This document shows, one piece after another, positions 1 through 10,613 of a stretch of DNA of 64,000 bases. Under the pieces are notes generated by a model. That model worked only from the letters and a program-made list of their open reading frames with translations, ran no database searches and was not told the origin of the DNA. Numbering within the stretch: position 1 is the stretch's first letter; every line of letters starts with the position of its first letter. A program made the position numbers and the translations under genes. Source of the DNA: Sminthopsis crassicaudata. Lineage: Eukaryota. The stretch is taken from contig NC_133617.1 of the NCBI RefSeq assembly GCF_048593235.1, positions 524,376,958-524,440,957 of the forward strand. Reading direction: 5' to 3'.

Positions 1-1053
1 ATTCTGAAAACTTTTCCCAACTACACATGCCACTTTTTACTGTTTGTCCAGCAGAACAAGAATAAATTGAAGCTAAAGATTGGAGATTCCCCAACTACAT
101 TATAAAAAAAAATATTACAAGTTAAATAAAATGTTAACTTAACCTAGTATAAAAATAATGATACTTTAAGCTGCCTTTTATTAAGTTCTAAGATATGCCC
201 ATTGGTTTTAGAGAAATATTCTAAGGAAAATTAATAGATTCTATACATATATAGCTCCCAAAAGAACCTTAAGGTCACAAATTCTATTGTTTCATTTTTA
301 AAAAATACCAACTATAACAAAACATCTCCAAACTATTTCATGAGAAATATTAAAATTAGCAAACTAATTAACATCACTGGAGAAAAAGCATACTACAAAA
401 GATTATAATTATTATCCTAATTTACACACATTTGCATAGCATTTTATAGTATATAAAATGTTTCTGCATACATTATTCCATTTGATTATCACAAGATGGC
501 AGATAAGACATAAGTTATTTTTAGTTCCATTTTTATAGGTGAGGAAATTGAAAGCCATAGAATCTGAGTGACTTGTCCAAGACACAGACAGACATAACAG
601 AACTAAATAACTCCACTAGACTCTTAGTCCAGTTTTATTCTCATTAGACTACTTTGCTTTTGTTATTAAAAAACAAACAAACAAATACAATTTAATACTG
701 ATTTATCCAATACATCTAAGAATACTGGACTGAATAGGCAAAACTGGGAACTTTCCACGTATGGCCCCAACTCAACCTTTTTTTTTTTTTTTTTTTTTTT
801 TTTAGTAATGGAATGATGACATTTTAAGGAAAATTCCTATCAGTCAATATTCTTCCTTCTAGAGTCACAGTTCTGAGCTCCTGTTTCTTATACATTAGTT
901 TTTGAAAATAAGAGGTCTTAAGACATGGCAAAATCTTGTCCAGTTTAAGCCTATGTCATTCCAGACTTCACTTGCGGGTGTTAGTCTAAAATTTTAAAAT
1001 TTTACATTCCAAAGCAAATTTTAATATCTTGCTTCAATTCCAACTTTACTTAC

Positions 1054-1165
1054 AGCCAAAAGGATTGGTACTTTTAAAGGTGATATCAATAGGGAAGTTC
1101 CACACCAAGCTGTGCTGTACATCTGCACTTTTAGAAGTAATTTGGGATATTCCCTCTTCTAAGCC
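1054..1165 (-). CDS. B9D1: B9 domain-containing protein 1, coding exon 3 (gene continues left of the window)
   Basis: Minus strand ttttcccctag|GGCTTAGAA...TTTGGCT|gtaagt; 112 nt; [37 protein letters not shown], matching the B9D1 sequence as I recall it. Confidence 0.96.
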
Positions 1166-1629
1166 CTAGGGGAAAAAAATAGCAATTTACAAACTTAGTG
1201 CTATTCCAAACTACCAAGGGGATACTTTACAGAAATAGTCAAAATAAAATGAACCTTCATTTGGAGAAATACAGATCTAGAACATCATAGGAAACAATGA
1301 AAATAAGTAAAAATAAAGAGGAAAAATATAGCGTTTCTACACCTCTAATTTTCTTATAAATTGGAAACTATAAAACTTTGGTACTAATTTTAAAAAGCCA
1401 TGCAAAATTAATCTTATTGCCTTTTTAAAATCTAAATTGGAAGATTAGAGATGCAAATCTCCCTAGATTTTTAACAAAGCCTCATATATTTTTCTTGAGG
1501 AAAAGGTGGAAAACTATGAGCTAGGTCATGATAAAACATGGCTAAATGACCAGACCCAAACAATAGGCATGGATTAGTGGAACACAAAGAAAAAATATTA
1601 AATAACTGAACTGGATAGCTTAGGGTTCA

Positions 1630-2450
1630 GTTCAGTAAACTTTCAAAAATGGAAGAACTCCTTATTTGACAAAAATTATTAGAAAATTAAGATTGGAGAA
1701 ATTAATTTTAGACCAACATCTTATACCATTTCAAAAACTAAGCTCAAAATGGAGACACAACCTGAATATTAAAGATCATCTAACAATCACTGAGAAAAGA
1801 AATGTAAAAAAAATTTTAAAGTTTGAAATTCTACCTTACATACAGCAAACTAGAAGAGGTAATAAAAGTCAATATTGGAAAGACATGCACATAAGGCATT
1901 AGAGGCAGAAATAAATTGTCAACCATTTTGGAAAGCAATTTGGATTTATGGTAAAGAAGAAACAAAATATCCCTACTCCTTAGCCCAGAGATTCTGTTGG
2001 TAGGAATATATTTCAAGGTCAGTGATAAAAACAAAGGCCTCATATGCAAAATATTTATAATAGCATGTAGAATGGCCATGTAAGTTTGGTCCAGGAATGT
2101 AAAATACTGTCATTGTGCTATAAATCAGAACAATGTAATGAATATATAGAAGCACATGAATGTCCATGTGAACTAATATAAAGTAAGCAAAACCAAGAAA
2201 ATAATATAATGACTATAAGAATACAATATATGGAAAGAACATTAACAATAAAAGAATTTTTTTAAAATGCTGTGAAATTACAATGACCTAGTTGGCCTCA
2301 AAATTATATGAGAAGGTATTTTATTACAGAAGTACACACTGCAAATGTTAGACATGTTCAGTGTGTCAAGTTTGTTTTACAAAACTTATTTTCTTATAGT
2401 TTCCTTAAAAGAATATATCTATTGGAAGTGATACAAAGACACCAATAAAA
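1630..2450 (+). mobile_element. Old degraded L1 ORF2 3' fragment in B9D1 intron 2
   Basis: Remnants such as aaccattttggaaagcaatttgg and ttagcccagagattctgttggtaggaatata typical of the L1 3' region; boundaries approximate. Confidence 0.55.
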
Positions 2451-3039
2451 AGAAATTTTAAAATTACAATGCATTTTTATAATTCTAGGATAAATGGAAT
2501 AACAATTCTTAGTACTTGCACTGAGTTGAAATTAATCTGGATAGATAAGATCTGTGGGTGAGAGGTTCACTATTTCTGGTTGTTCATGAACAGAGCCTTA
2601 AGCATAAGGATGTCTAATAAATATTTGTTATGTCATTTCAGTCATGTTGGTTTCTGTCATTCAATTTGTGTTTTCTTGGCAAACATAGTGAAGTGATTTG
2701 CCATTTCCTTCTCCAGATCATTTTACAGATGGAGAAACTGAGGCAAAGTTGTCCAGGGGCACACAGTTAATTTTCTGGAAATTAGGTTATATTTAAACAA
2801 AGGAAGAGGAGGCTTCCCACCTTCAGACTTGGCACTCTATCCACTGTGCCACCTAACTTCTCCTTTAATAAATATTACCTGTTTACAAATAGTCCATTTT
2901 TATCATGTCATGTTAGGACACTGAAATTGGATGTTTTATCTCTTTACAAGGTGGGGAGAAAGAAAGGGTAGAGGGAAATGAGAAGAGGGGAAAGTGTAAA
3001 AAACAAGAGAATTGAAAAAAGTTTTACATTTCGACTTAC

Positions 3040-3108
3040 AGATGTTGGTGCCCAGTCTTGGCCATAAACGAAACAATACTTGCAGTAGAGGTCATCAAAT
3101 TCAGGAAA
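3040..3108 (-). CDS. B9D1: B9D1 coding exon 2
   Basis: tttttaaag|TTTCCTGAA...ACATCT|gtaagt; 69 nt, phase 0/0; [23 protein letters not shown]. Confidence 0.96.
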
Positions 3109-4073
3109 CTTTAAAAAGAAAAATAGTTGCTTTATTTCGGTCCAACACTTCCTTCCTATATTAAGTGCATCACCAACAAGGTGGACAAAGAAAGCACTGA
3201 TTATTGAATTAAATGAAGTTGAGAGGTTTTTAGATCACCTAGCTCAGAGTCACACATATAGCCTCTTCTAGTGTTTCCAAAATGAGGGTTGTGGAATGGT
3301 TCTAAAGGGGCCTTAGCCTAAAAGGTGTGGGATCAGTCTTGGACTTCTCTCTAATACAACCATCCAGCTTCTTTCCACATTGCTCTATTGGGCCATCTCC
3401 TATTGACAAATCTCCTAAGGAACTCCTGGGTTGTGTGTCACTGAGGGAGTACAATCTGACCTAAGCCCAGTAAATACTGTGGTTCAGGAACAGTGACTAG
3501 GGAGTAACTCATCCCGTTCTTTACTTTTCATTTATTAGTTGGAAAGAAAGTAGCATAGGATAAATAGGCATCAATGATTTGCAATAATATAACTCCACTC
3601 CCCTCAAAATCACCTATTTACAAACTTTCCTATTTTTTCATCTTTCCAGGGTATCAGGTCACCAATCTCTTTATCCCTGACTCTGTGTAAAACTGCCGTC
3701 TTCAAAGTTACCAATAATCCCTTAATTGGCAAATGTTTTAAAATTTTTATTTATTTATTTATTTTGTAACTTTTTTTTTTGACAATACATATGGGTGATC
3801 AATTTTTTACAACATTATCCCTTGCACTTCTGTTCTGAATTTTCCCCTCCTTCCCTCCACCCCCTCTCCTAGATGGCAGGCAGTCCCATATTTAATTGCC
3901 AAATTTGATCGTCTTTTTTTCAATCTTTATCTTCCTTGACTCGGAAGTATTTGATGCCGACGACTACCTTTGCTTTAGATACTCTCTCCTCTCTGCGCTG
4001 CAGTAACTATATAATGGTCTCTGCATAAGAGGAACATATTCCTCCGTGGAGTTTGGAGAAAGAGGACCGAGAG

Positions 4074-4076
<3 letters not shown>

Positions 4077-4130
<54 letters not shown>

Positions 4131-4141
4131 ATATTTATATA
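4077..4141. repeat. (TA)n microsatellite
   Basis: Long TA dinucleotide run with a few TT interruptions. Confidence 0.95.
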
Positions 4142-4329
4142 TAAGAGACCGTTTTTTCAAGAGATTAAGTGATTTCTCCAAGACTAGGCAATGCAAAGCT
4201 GAGAATAAAATCCGGGTCTCCTCATTCCCAGGCTGGCAAGTCCAACCTGGGTCCTTGGAAGAGAACAGCCGGGTTTGGGTGGGTGGGAGCGGGCCTTCAG
4301 TCTCTCCTGCCTCCTCAAGGGGGCAGCAT

Positions 4330-5210
4330 GGGACAACAGAAAGTACAGACTTCAGTCAAAGGGCGCAGATTCCAGTCCGCTCCAATTCACTTTCCGCATC
4401 TCAGTAACACGGGGGCGTCGGTCTAGCTGCCCTCCAGGGCTCTTTCCAGCTCACATCTATGATCCTATCACTGCTCCTGTTTAAGGAGATGGATCCCGTC
4501 CGTCGGAGGGGGTGCTTAGAGGGGGGGGGGGGCAAGTTCCCCAGAGAGACGAGAGGAAAAGACAAGAGGGTCCCTTACAACTTGGGGGGGAAGGGAGGAG
4601 GTCGAGGTGATGTGATTTACGTTAGGAAGTCTCTCTCAGCAGGGAGGGGGTGTGTGTGAGACACTTGTGTGAGTATATACATGTTCGCGTACTTGGGGCT
4701 CCTGTGTGGATGTAAATGAGACGGAGATGGGGTGGGGTGGGGCTCCGGCCGAAGCTGTGACGAAAACTCCTCCCGCGAGGCGTGGGGGCGTGGCCGACGC
4801 CTCGCATTCCTTCGTCCCCTCTCCTCCCTGTTCCCTCCCCCCTCTCCTCTAGGCCCGCTCCGCAGCCGATCGGGGTTCCCCCTCACCTGGGCGCTCTCCA
4901 CTTGCCCATTGACCATCAACAGGAAGACCGTGGGGTTGGCTGTAGCCATGTCTCTGCGAGGGCCGCGTTGCTAAAAGTCTCTAGAACGCCCCTTAGAGAT
5001 GACGGTGCGCTGGGTGGGACACACTTCCTTGGAACGGAGCCTTCGCGCCTGCAGATGCTCTCGCGGCTGCCTAGTTGGCAAGGACCTTGCGGGAGCATGC
5101 GTGATTGCTTGGTTTGAGTGAGCGGTGGAACGCGAAGTGGGCGTTTGGAAAAGAAGGAGAAGAGTACGGGGTCCAGGCTCTACTAAGGCCGGGTTATGGC
5201 AAAAGGGGTG
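4330..5210. promoter_or_regulatory. CpG island / promoter of B9D1
   Basis: Locally high GC and CpG density around B9D1 exon 1 in an AT-rich background; boundaries approximate. Confidence 0.8.
4887..4949 (-). CDS. B9D1: B9D1 coding exon 1
   Basis: ATG at 4949; MATANPTVFLLMVNGQVESAQ then CAG|gtgagg donor; 63 nt; lies in a CpG-rich region. Confidence 0.96.
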
Positions 5211-5295
5211 AGGGGCAGAGACACTATAGTCCGGCCCTCCAACAGTCTGAGGGACAGTGAACTGGCTCCCTATTTAAAAAGTGTGAGGACCACTG
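5170..5295 (-). mobile_element. Partial non-autonomous hAT (OC1/OposCharlie1-like) element
   Basis: Reverse complement begins CAGTGGTCCTCACACTTTTTAAATAGGGAGCCAGTTCACTGTCCCTCAGACTGTTGGAGGGCCGGACTATAGT and contains TTTTGCCATAACC, shared with the MITE at 45680-45859; second TIR not recognisable. Family name from memory. Confidence 0.7.
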
Positions 5296-7325
5296 CTAGA
5301 GCCACAGGATGCTTAATTTTTGTTGTAATCTGAGCCTTTTGGGCAGTCTGCTGAAACTTCTTAACCCATCTAGAAGTGGTTTCTAGAACTGCTTTTGCCA
5401 CTCCCTTCACTACCTCTCAGAGCCACACTTGCTATTCCTAACTACAGATCTGACCATACTAGTTTTCTCTGTCCTCGAACCTTCCTCTTTCCTTTAGGAC
5501 AAAATACAAACTGTCTTTTTGGAATTTTAAAATCGTTAATTACCCGGGTCCATTTTATTTTTATAAATATTTTGTCCTTTGTGCTCCTTTATGCAGCCTC
5601 TGTTCTAATCAAACAGGCTTATTCAGAACGTTGGGAGTTCATACCCTGCCTCTGGGTCTGCAAGAGCTATCCTTCTGGCCTAGGATGAACTCCCTTCTCA
5701 CTCTCAAACCGTAGAAGCTTTAACTCCATCCTGAACCCAGCATCTAGCCAGTGGTCCATCCTGATACCCTGTGTTAGTGCCAGCTAAACTTTGGCTGCCA
5801 GGATGCATTCCACAAGGTCTAGTTCACACCAACTTTTCCATAATGCATAGAAGGATATACTGGCTATTTAAGGCTTTTGGAACCGAAAATGAAATCCTTT
5901 TTCTGTGAATGTAAATGGACTGATCTCGCTTGTATAATTGGAGATTGGTCTAGGGTCCCAGTCCTTAGAACTGCATTCCTGGTAGATGATAAATGAACAA
6001 CATTCTCTGCCTCTTGTTCTCAGGCATGCATAAATGTAGGGGCCCTTTGTCTGACTTCAGAGTACTCACAAATACTCTATTTATTGCGAGGTAACAAAAA
6101 AACTTTTTAATTGACTATTGAATAGAAAAGAATCACTAAGAAATGTGTCACTATATTCTGGTGAATTTCAAGTGGGAAGGATTGACTACCCTGAACTATC
6201 AGATACCAGGGAAAAGGCGACACCAGATGTATCAAAATCGTCTGTGATCCTATCAGCAACATGAGACCTGGAGTCAGCGTTAACTGAGTCTGGTGAGGAA
6301 CTTACAGGGCCACCAAGCACCCTGCTAGACCAGACTTAGCAAGTGGGCTGACACATCTTTAGCCAAGACACCACATCCTGTAAGGAGCGAGGCCAGCTGA
6401 GCAAGAGAAGTGCTTCTTACATCTGCAATTAACTTGATGAAAGGAAAGGGCTTCCAGGACCAGAAATTTCACATTCCCAAGATGTTCTCAACATGAATGT
6501 TTCAATACTTTTGTGTTTCAAGCTTGAGCCCACTCTCCTCAGGGACCAAATTTGTGCTGAAGAGAAAGTGTGTTCCTTTCTCCCCACTTAGAAGATGTTT
6601 TTTGTAACTTCTATCCTTGCTGTATCTCCTCAGTAAAAGCAAATTTTGTAAAAGTTAACTGCTATCGACTGATTCATTGGAATTGGGGAAACACATCCAA
6701 TAGGGGATTTGAATAGTAGTATTATAATACCTCAACCCCTCAATGATATCCAAAGATAGAATCTTGAGAGGGAAACTCGCCATCTCCACTCTGGGGACAC
6801 CATAAGCCTATATGATGAGAATTTGGAGATTGAGCCCCAAAGGGATGCTTTACTTGTCAGAGAATTTGATACATTCACATACCAATCAATTAACAAATAT
6901 TTAATAAATAAGTACCTACTGTATACTATGACCTGCAATAGAGTTACCAGGAATCTAAGTATAAGGATATGAAATAATTCCTGCTCTCAAAGAACTTCCA
7001 TCCTTGTTGATCCTTCATTCCTCCAAGAGGACCAAAGATATCACAATGTCTTCACTTGCATGTGAATTGGATTTAAGAGGGGCAGAGCTAAACAAAGTCA
7101 GCAGCCTCACTATCTACCTTCAAGGATACTGGCCACCTTGCCAATTGGCCTTATTATGAACTCATTAGAATCTCTTTTGTCCTTGATCTGTCCTGCAGCC
7201 AAACTTTCCTAAATGTATTGTCTCTTCCAATTAGAGTTTAAGATCTTTGAGAGCAAAAAAAATATTCTTTTTGTTTTTTTTTCTGTTTGTGTCTCCTGTA
7301 TTTAGCATAGTGTTTGGCACATAGG

Positions 7326-7539
7326 NNNNNNNNNNNNNNNNNNNNNNNNNNNNNNNNNNNNNNNNNNNNNNNNNNNNNNNNNNNNNNNNNNNNNNNNNNN
7401 NNNNNNNNNNNNNNNNNNNNNNNNNNNNNNNNNNNNNNNNNNNNNNNNNNNNNNNNNNNNNNNNNNNNNNNNNNNNNNNNNNNNNNNNNNNNNNNNNNNN
7501 NNNNNNNNNNNNNNNNNNNNNNNNNNNNNNNNNNNNNNN
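7326..7539. other. Assembly gap (N run)
   Basis: 214 N. Confidence 1.
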
Positions 7540-7624
7540 AGTTTATTACAAAATTCTTTATTTAGTTTCTAAAGCCAGAAAGTAATATGGATGAATCAGA
7601 GCATATCCCCTTTTCAATTAATTC

Positions 7625-8006
7625 TGATGAGAGTTATGGAAGGGGAACACTCTTTTGGGTCGCATGATAGTTGCATGACAGCCCAGAGTCCCCTATAAAA
7701 GGAATTTACAGGCCCGAAAACCTAGATTGATAAAAAGGTTTATTGTAGGGATTTGGAAGTAAAGTTTAATGTAGAAAGACATCAGGGCCAGAGATGGTTG
7801 CTGGACAGGCAGGAACCCTTACATGGCCAGAAGGATACCATGTTTGGGGGGAAGGGCTCCTGCAAAGAAAGAGCTCCATTTTGGCTCTTTTATATCTAAA
7901 GGGGCTTGTGGATGGTATCCCAAGTTGGCTCAGATCCTGTGGAGGCTAGGGGACCAGGATTTGTGAATCAAAAGATCCTAGCTTAAAGGGACCTCAACCC
8001 CTATCA
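7625..8006 (-). mobile_element. Solo ERV LTR (same family as 35990-36641)
   Basis: TG...CA termini (minus: tgataggggttgaggtcccttt ... ctctcatca), TATA-like and AATAAA motifs, long stretches shared with the LTR at 35990-36641. Confidence 0.75.
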
Positions 8007-9474
8007 ATCTCAAAAAGAAACCTAACCCATTTGATTAAAGAACTAAGAAACTAAATTATACTCTTAGTTTCTAATGCCTTCTCTCCCCAAATGACTTTGA
8101 GTATATTTTTTGTGTCTGCTTTTTCTGTGCATATGTTGCTTTCTTCAAATAGAATACAAACTCCTTGAAAGCAGTAAATATATATTTTTACATTCTTTTT
8201 ATTTCCTAGCATGTAGTGTAAGGTTTTGATATATTCTTATTGAGTAAATGAATCCCCCTCATTTTAAATTTGAGAAATTAAAGCCCAAAGGGATGAAATA
8301 CCTTGTCTATGTTATAAAGAGTAAAGCCAGGATTTTAAAATATATCCTTGACCTCCAAATTTAATACTTAATCTTTCTTTTAATTTTTCTTTTATTAATC
8401 ATGAATTTAGTAGATATCAACAATAATGAACATTTTAATATATAAGGTACAGAAAAAGCGATTGTACATTAATCTATGAATCTATTACATATACAGATTG
8501 ATTTTTTTTTTAAGTTTACAGGATGTCCCAAGAGGCTGAATATAGTTTTAAGTTACAAAATGTACAGTTTTTTGGGATACCCTGTATATTAAATTTAACA
8601 TGAAAGTACCATCTCTGTCCTGCTTAACTGTGGATTCTTGTAAACTTCCTTCTGTTTTTTCTGTGTAATTTTTAATTGATACTCTTTATTTGCTTCTTTT
8701 TTTGCATCATCATCACTACTCATCCACTTCTCTCCATTTCCCTCAAATTAAACCCCTTCCTTGTGACAAATATATACAATTAAAGCAAATTCACATAATC
8801 CTATGCTTTTTTTTGCCATACCATGCTGCCTCTCCAAAGTAAACAGCATGATGATTAGAAGACCAAGAATTGAGGCAATAATAATAGCTTACTCTGTGCC
8901 AGATATTATGCTAAGTTCTGTACATTTGATCCTTACAACTGTGAGGAAGGTTCTATTATTGTCTGTTTTACTGATGAGGAAAATAAGGGAAACAAAGTTT
9001 AAGTGATTTGTCTAGAGTCAGATAGAAGGGTCTGAAGTTGGATTTGAATTCAGGTCTTCCTGTCTTCAGACTTAGCACTTTTCATAACTATGGTACCACC
9101 TAGCAAGGAAATCCACCCCAAACCTTGCCGGCAGGGTCTATTATAGATTTCTGATTATATGTATGGAATTTGTTTTTCTTTTTTTCCTTTCCAATGGGGG
9201 AGAAGGAAAGGAAAGAAAATATTTGTTAATTGAAAATAATTTTATTTTTAAAAAACCCAAAATTTCCATGGTTCTAAGTTATATTCATCTGAAGTATGTG
9301 ATTCTATAGCTCTATTACTTTGAGATTTATCTTGAGCTTAGGAAAATATCAGTGATCTCTTGATACTTCCTGTTTTGAGGTCAGTGTGATATTTTTTTAA
9401 CTATGCTGAGTTATTTATGTCAATCCTTTTTTTCCCACAGATTTTTCAAATAATGTACCAGTGAACCAGATGTT

Positions 9475-9480
9475 TTTATT
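9475..9480 (-). terminator. Candidate polyadenylation signal of the pseudo-protease gene
   Basis: First canonical AATAAA on the minus strand downstream of the stop codon at 10413 (about 0.93 kb 3' UTR). Confidence 0.45.
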
Positions 9481-10412
9481 TGCATGAATAAATATAGATG
9501 TAGAGATGCAGGTTTCCTCTTATATTGGGGGGAAGTAACATTTGGGGTGAATAGTTGGAATGGGGGGTATTGTTTTTCATCACCCCTTTTTCCTTTAGCC
9601 TAGGGTCAGGGTTAGAAGGGATGTGCAAAAAGAATTATTTCAGTGTCCCCCGACTTTCTCCAGAACGACCTATGAGATCAAGAAAGTGATGTCATTTGAT
9701 TAAATTGAGGCAGAATCCTCAATCTCATTCAGAATGGAGACTGATGAATAGCTCAAAATCTTCTGATGCCTCCAGCTTTTCTGGGATCCTGTCTTTAGGC
9801 ATCTAGGAGCTTTCAAAGGTAAGCAGAAAACCAAGCAAACTTGAAGACTGATAAGTCTCAGTATGTCACGATACACAGGTATGAGAGGCCAACCACATTA
9901 TAGAGGTTAGAGACCACCCTACCTTACTAAATAGCTGGAAATTTTCAGATCAGAGTAACCATATGATCATATAGCAAAGATATAAACTTTTTTTAAAGGG
10001 AAAAATGTACTTTTGTGAACTAGAAAGGATCAAGAACCTCCAGCTTTTTCCCATGATTCCCACTAGCATGGATTAATTGATCAGATTAAATAGATAATGA
10101 TTGTGCTCCTTAGATAAGATAACATTGCCTATATTTATATAACTAGCAAGTGCCAGAGGCACAGAAAGACCTGGCTTCAGATATTTGTTTCATGAAATGG
10201 TTCTAGGATTCTACCAAGAATAGTAGGATGATGAGTTTGGAGTTTTGAAGATTTAAATTGGGGGAAAGTAGAACTTTGCAATAACAAAGCTTGGGTGACA
10301 TCAGGAAGAAAAAGCATAGAATAGAAGGGCAAACCCAAAGGGGCAGTACAATATGGCAATATGAGGGGGAGCATGAGGGAGAGTGGACCAAAGAGAAAGG
10401 TCACTAAAACCT

Positions 10413-10613
10413 TCACTTGCTTTTCAAGTTGGCTTTAGAAAAATCCTTGACAACTCTGACACTAGGAAATTTGTCCTGGATCCAGGTGCTGATGGGATGG
10501 ATTGGGATGTAAACTTCAGGGAGGCCATTAGAAGAGCAAGGTCCCCAGGTGATGACCCCTAGTAGCACCCACTGACCAGCATATACGCAAAGGAGAGGAC
10601 TACCATCTGCCAC
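10413..10613 (-). CDS. Pseudo-protease exon 5 (Ser195 region, C-terminus)
   Basis: ctctctttttag|GTGGCAGATGGTAGTCCT; VADGSPLLC aligns with GDSGGPLVC; W..LGVITWG.C...PEVY....ISTWI matches the S1A C-terminal pattern; TGA at 10415-10413. Confidence 0.9.
   Translation of the reverse strand: MADGSPLLCVYAGQWVLLGVITWGPCSSNGLPEVYIPIHPISTWIQDKFPSVRVVKDFSKANLKSK

Noticed and set aside
1-1053. B9D1 exon 4 (WPQIVLSVYG...)
   Set aside because: Not found on the minus strand in this interval; it presumably lies beyond the left edge.
5700-6500. Possible additional LTR/ERV fragment upstream of B9D1
   Set aside because: Composition is suggestive, but I could not define TG...CA termini, a TSD or a second copy.
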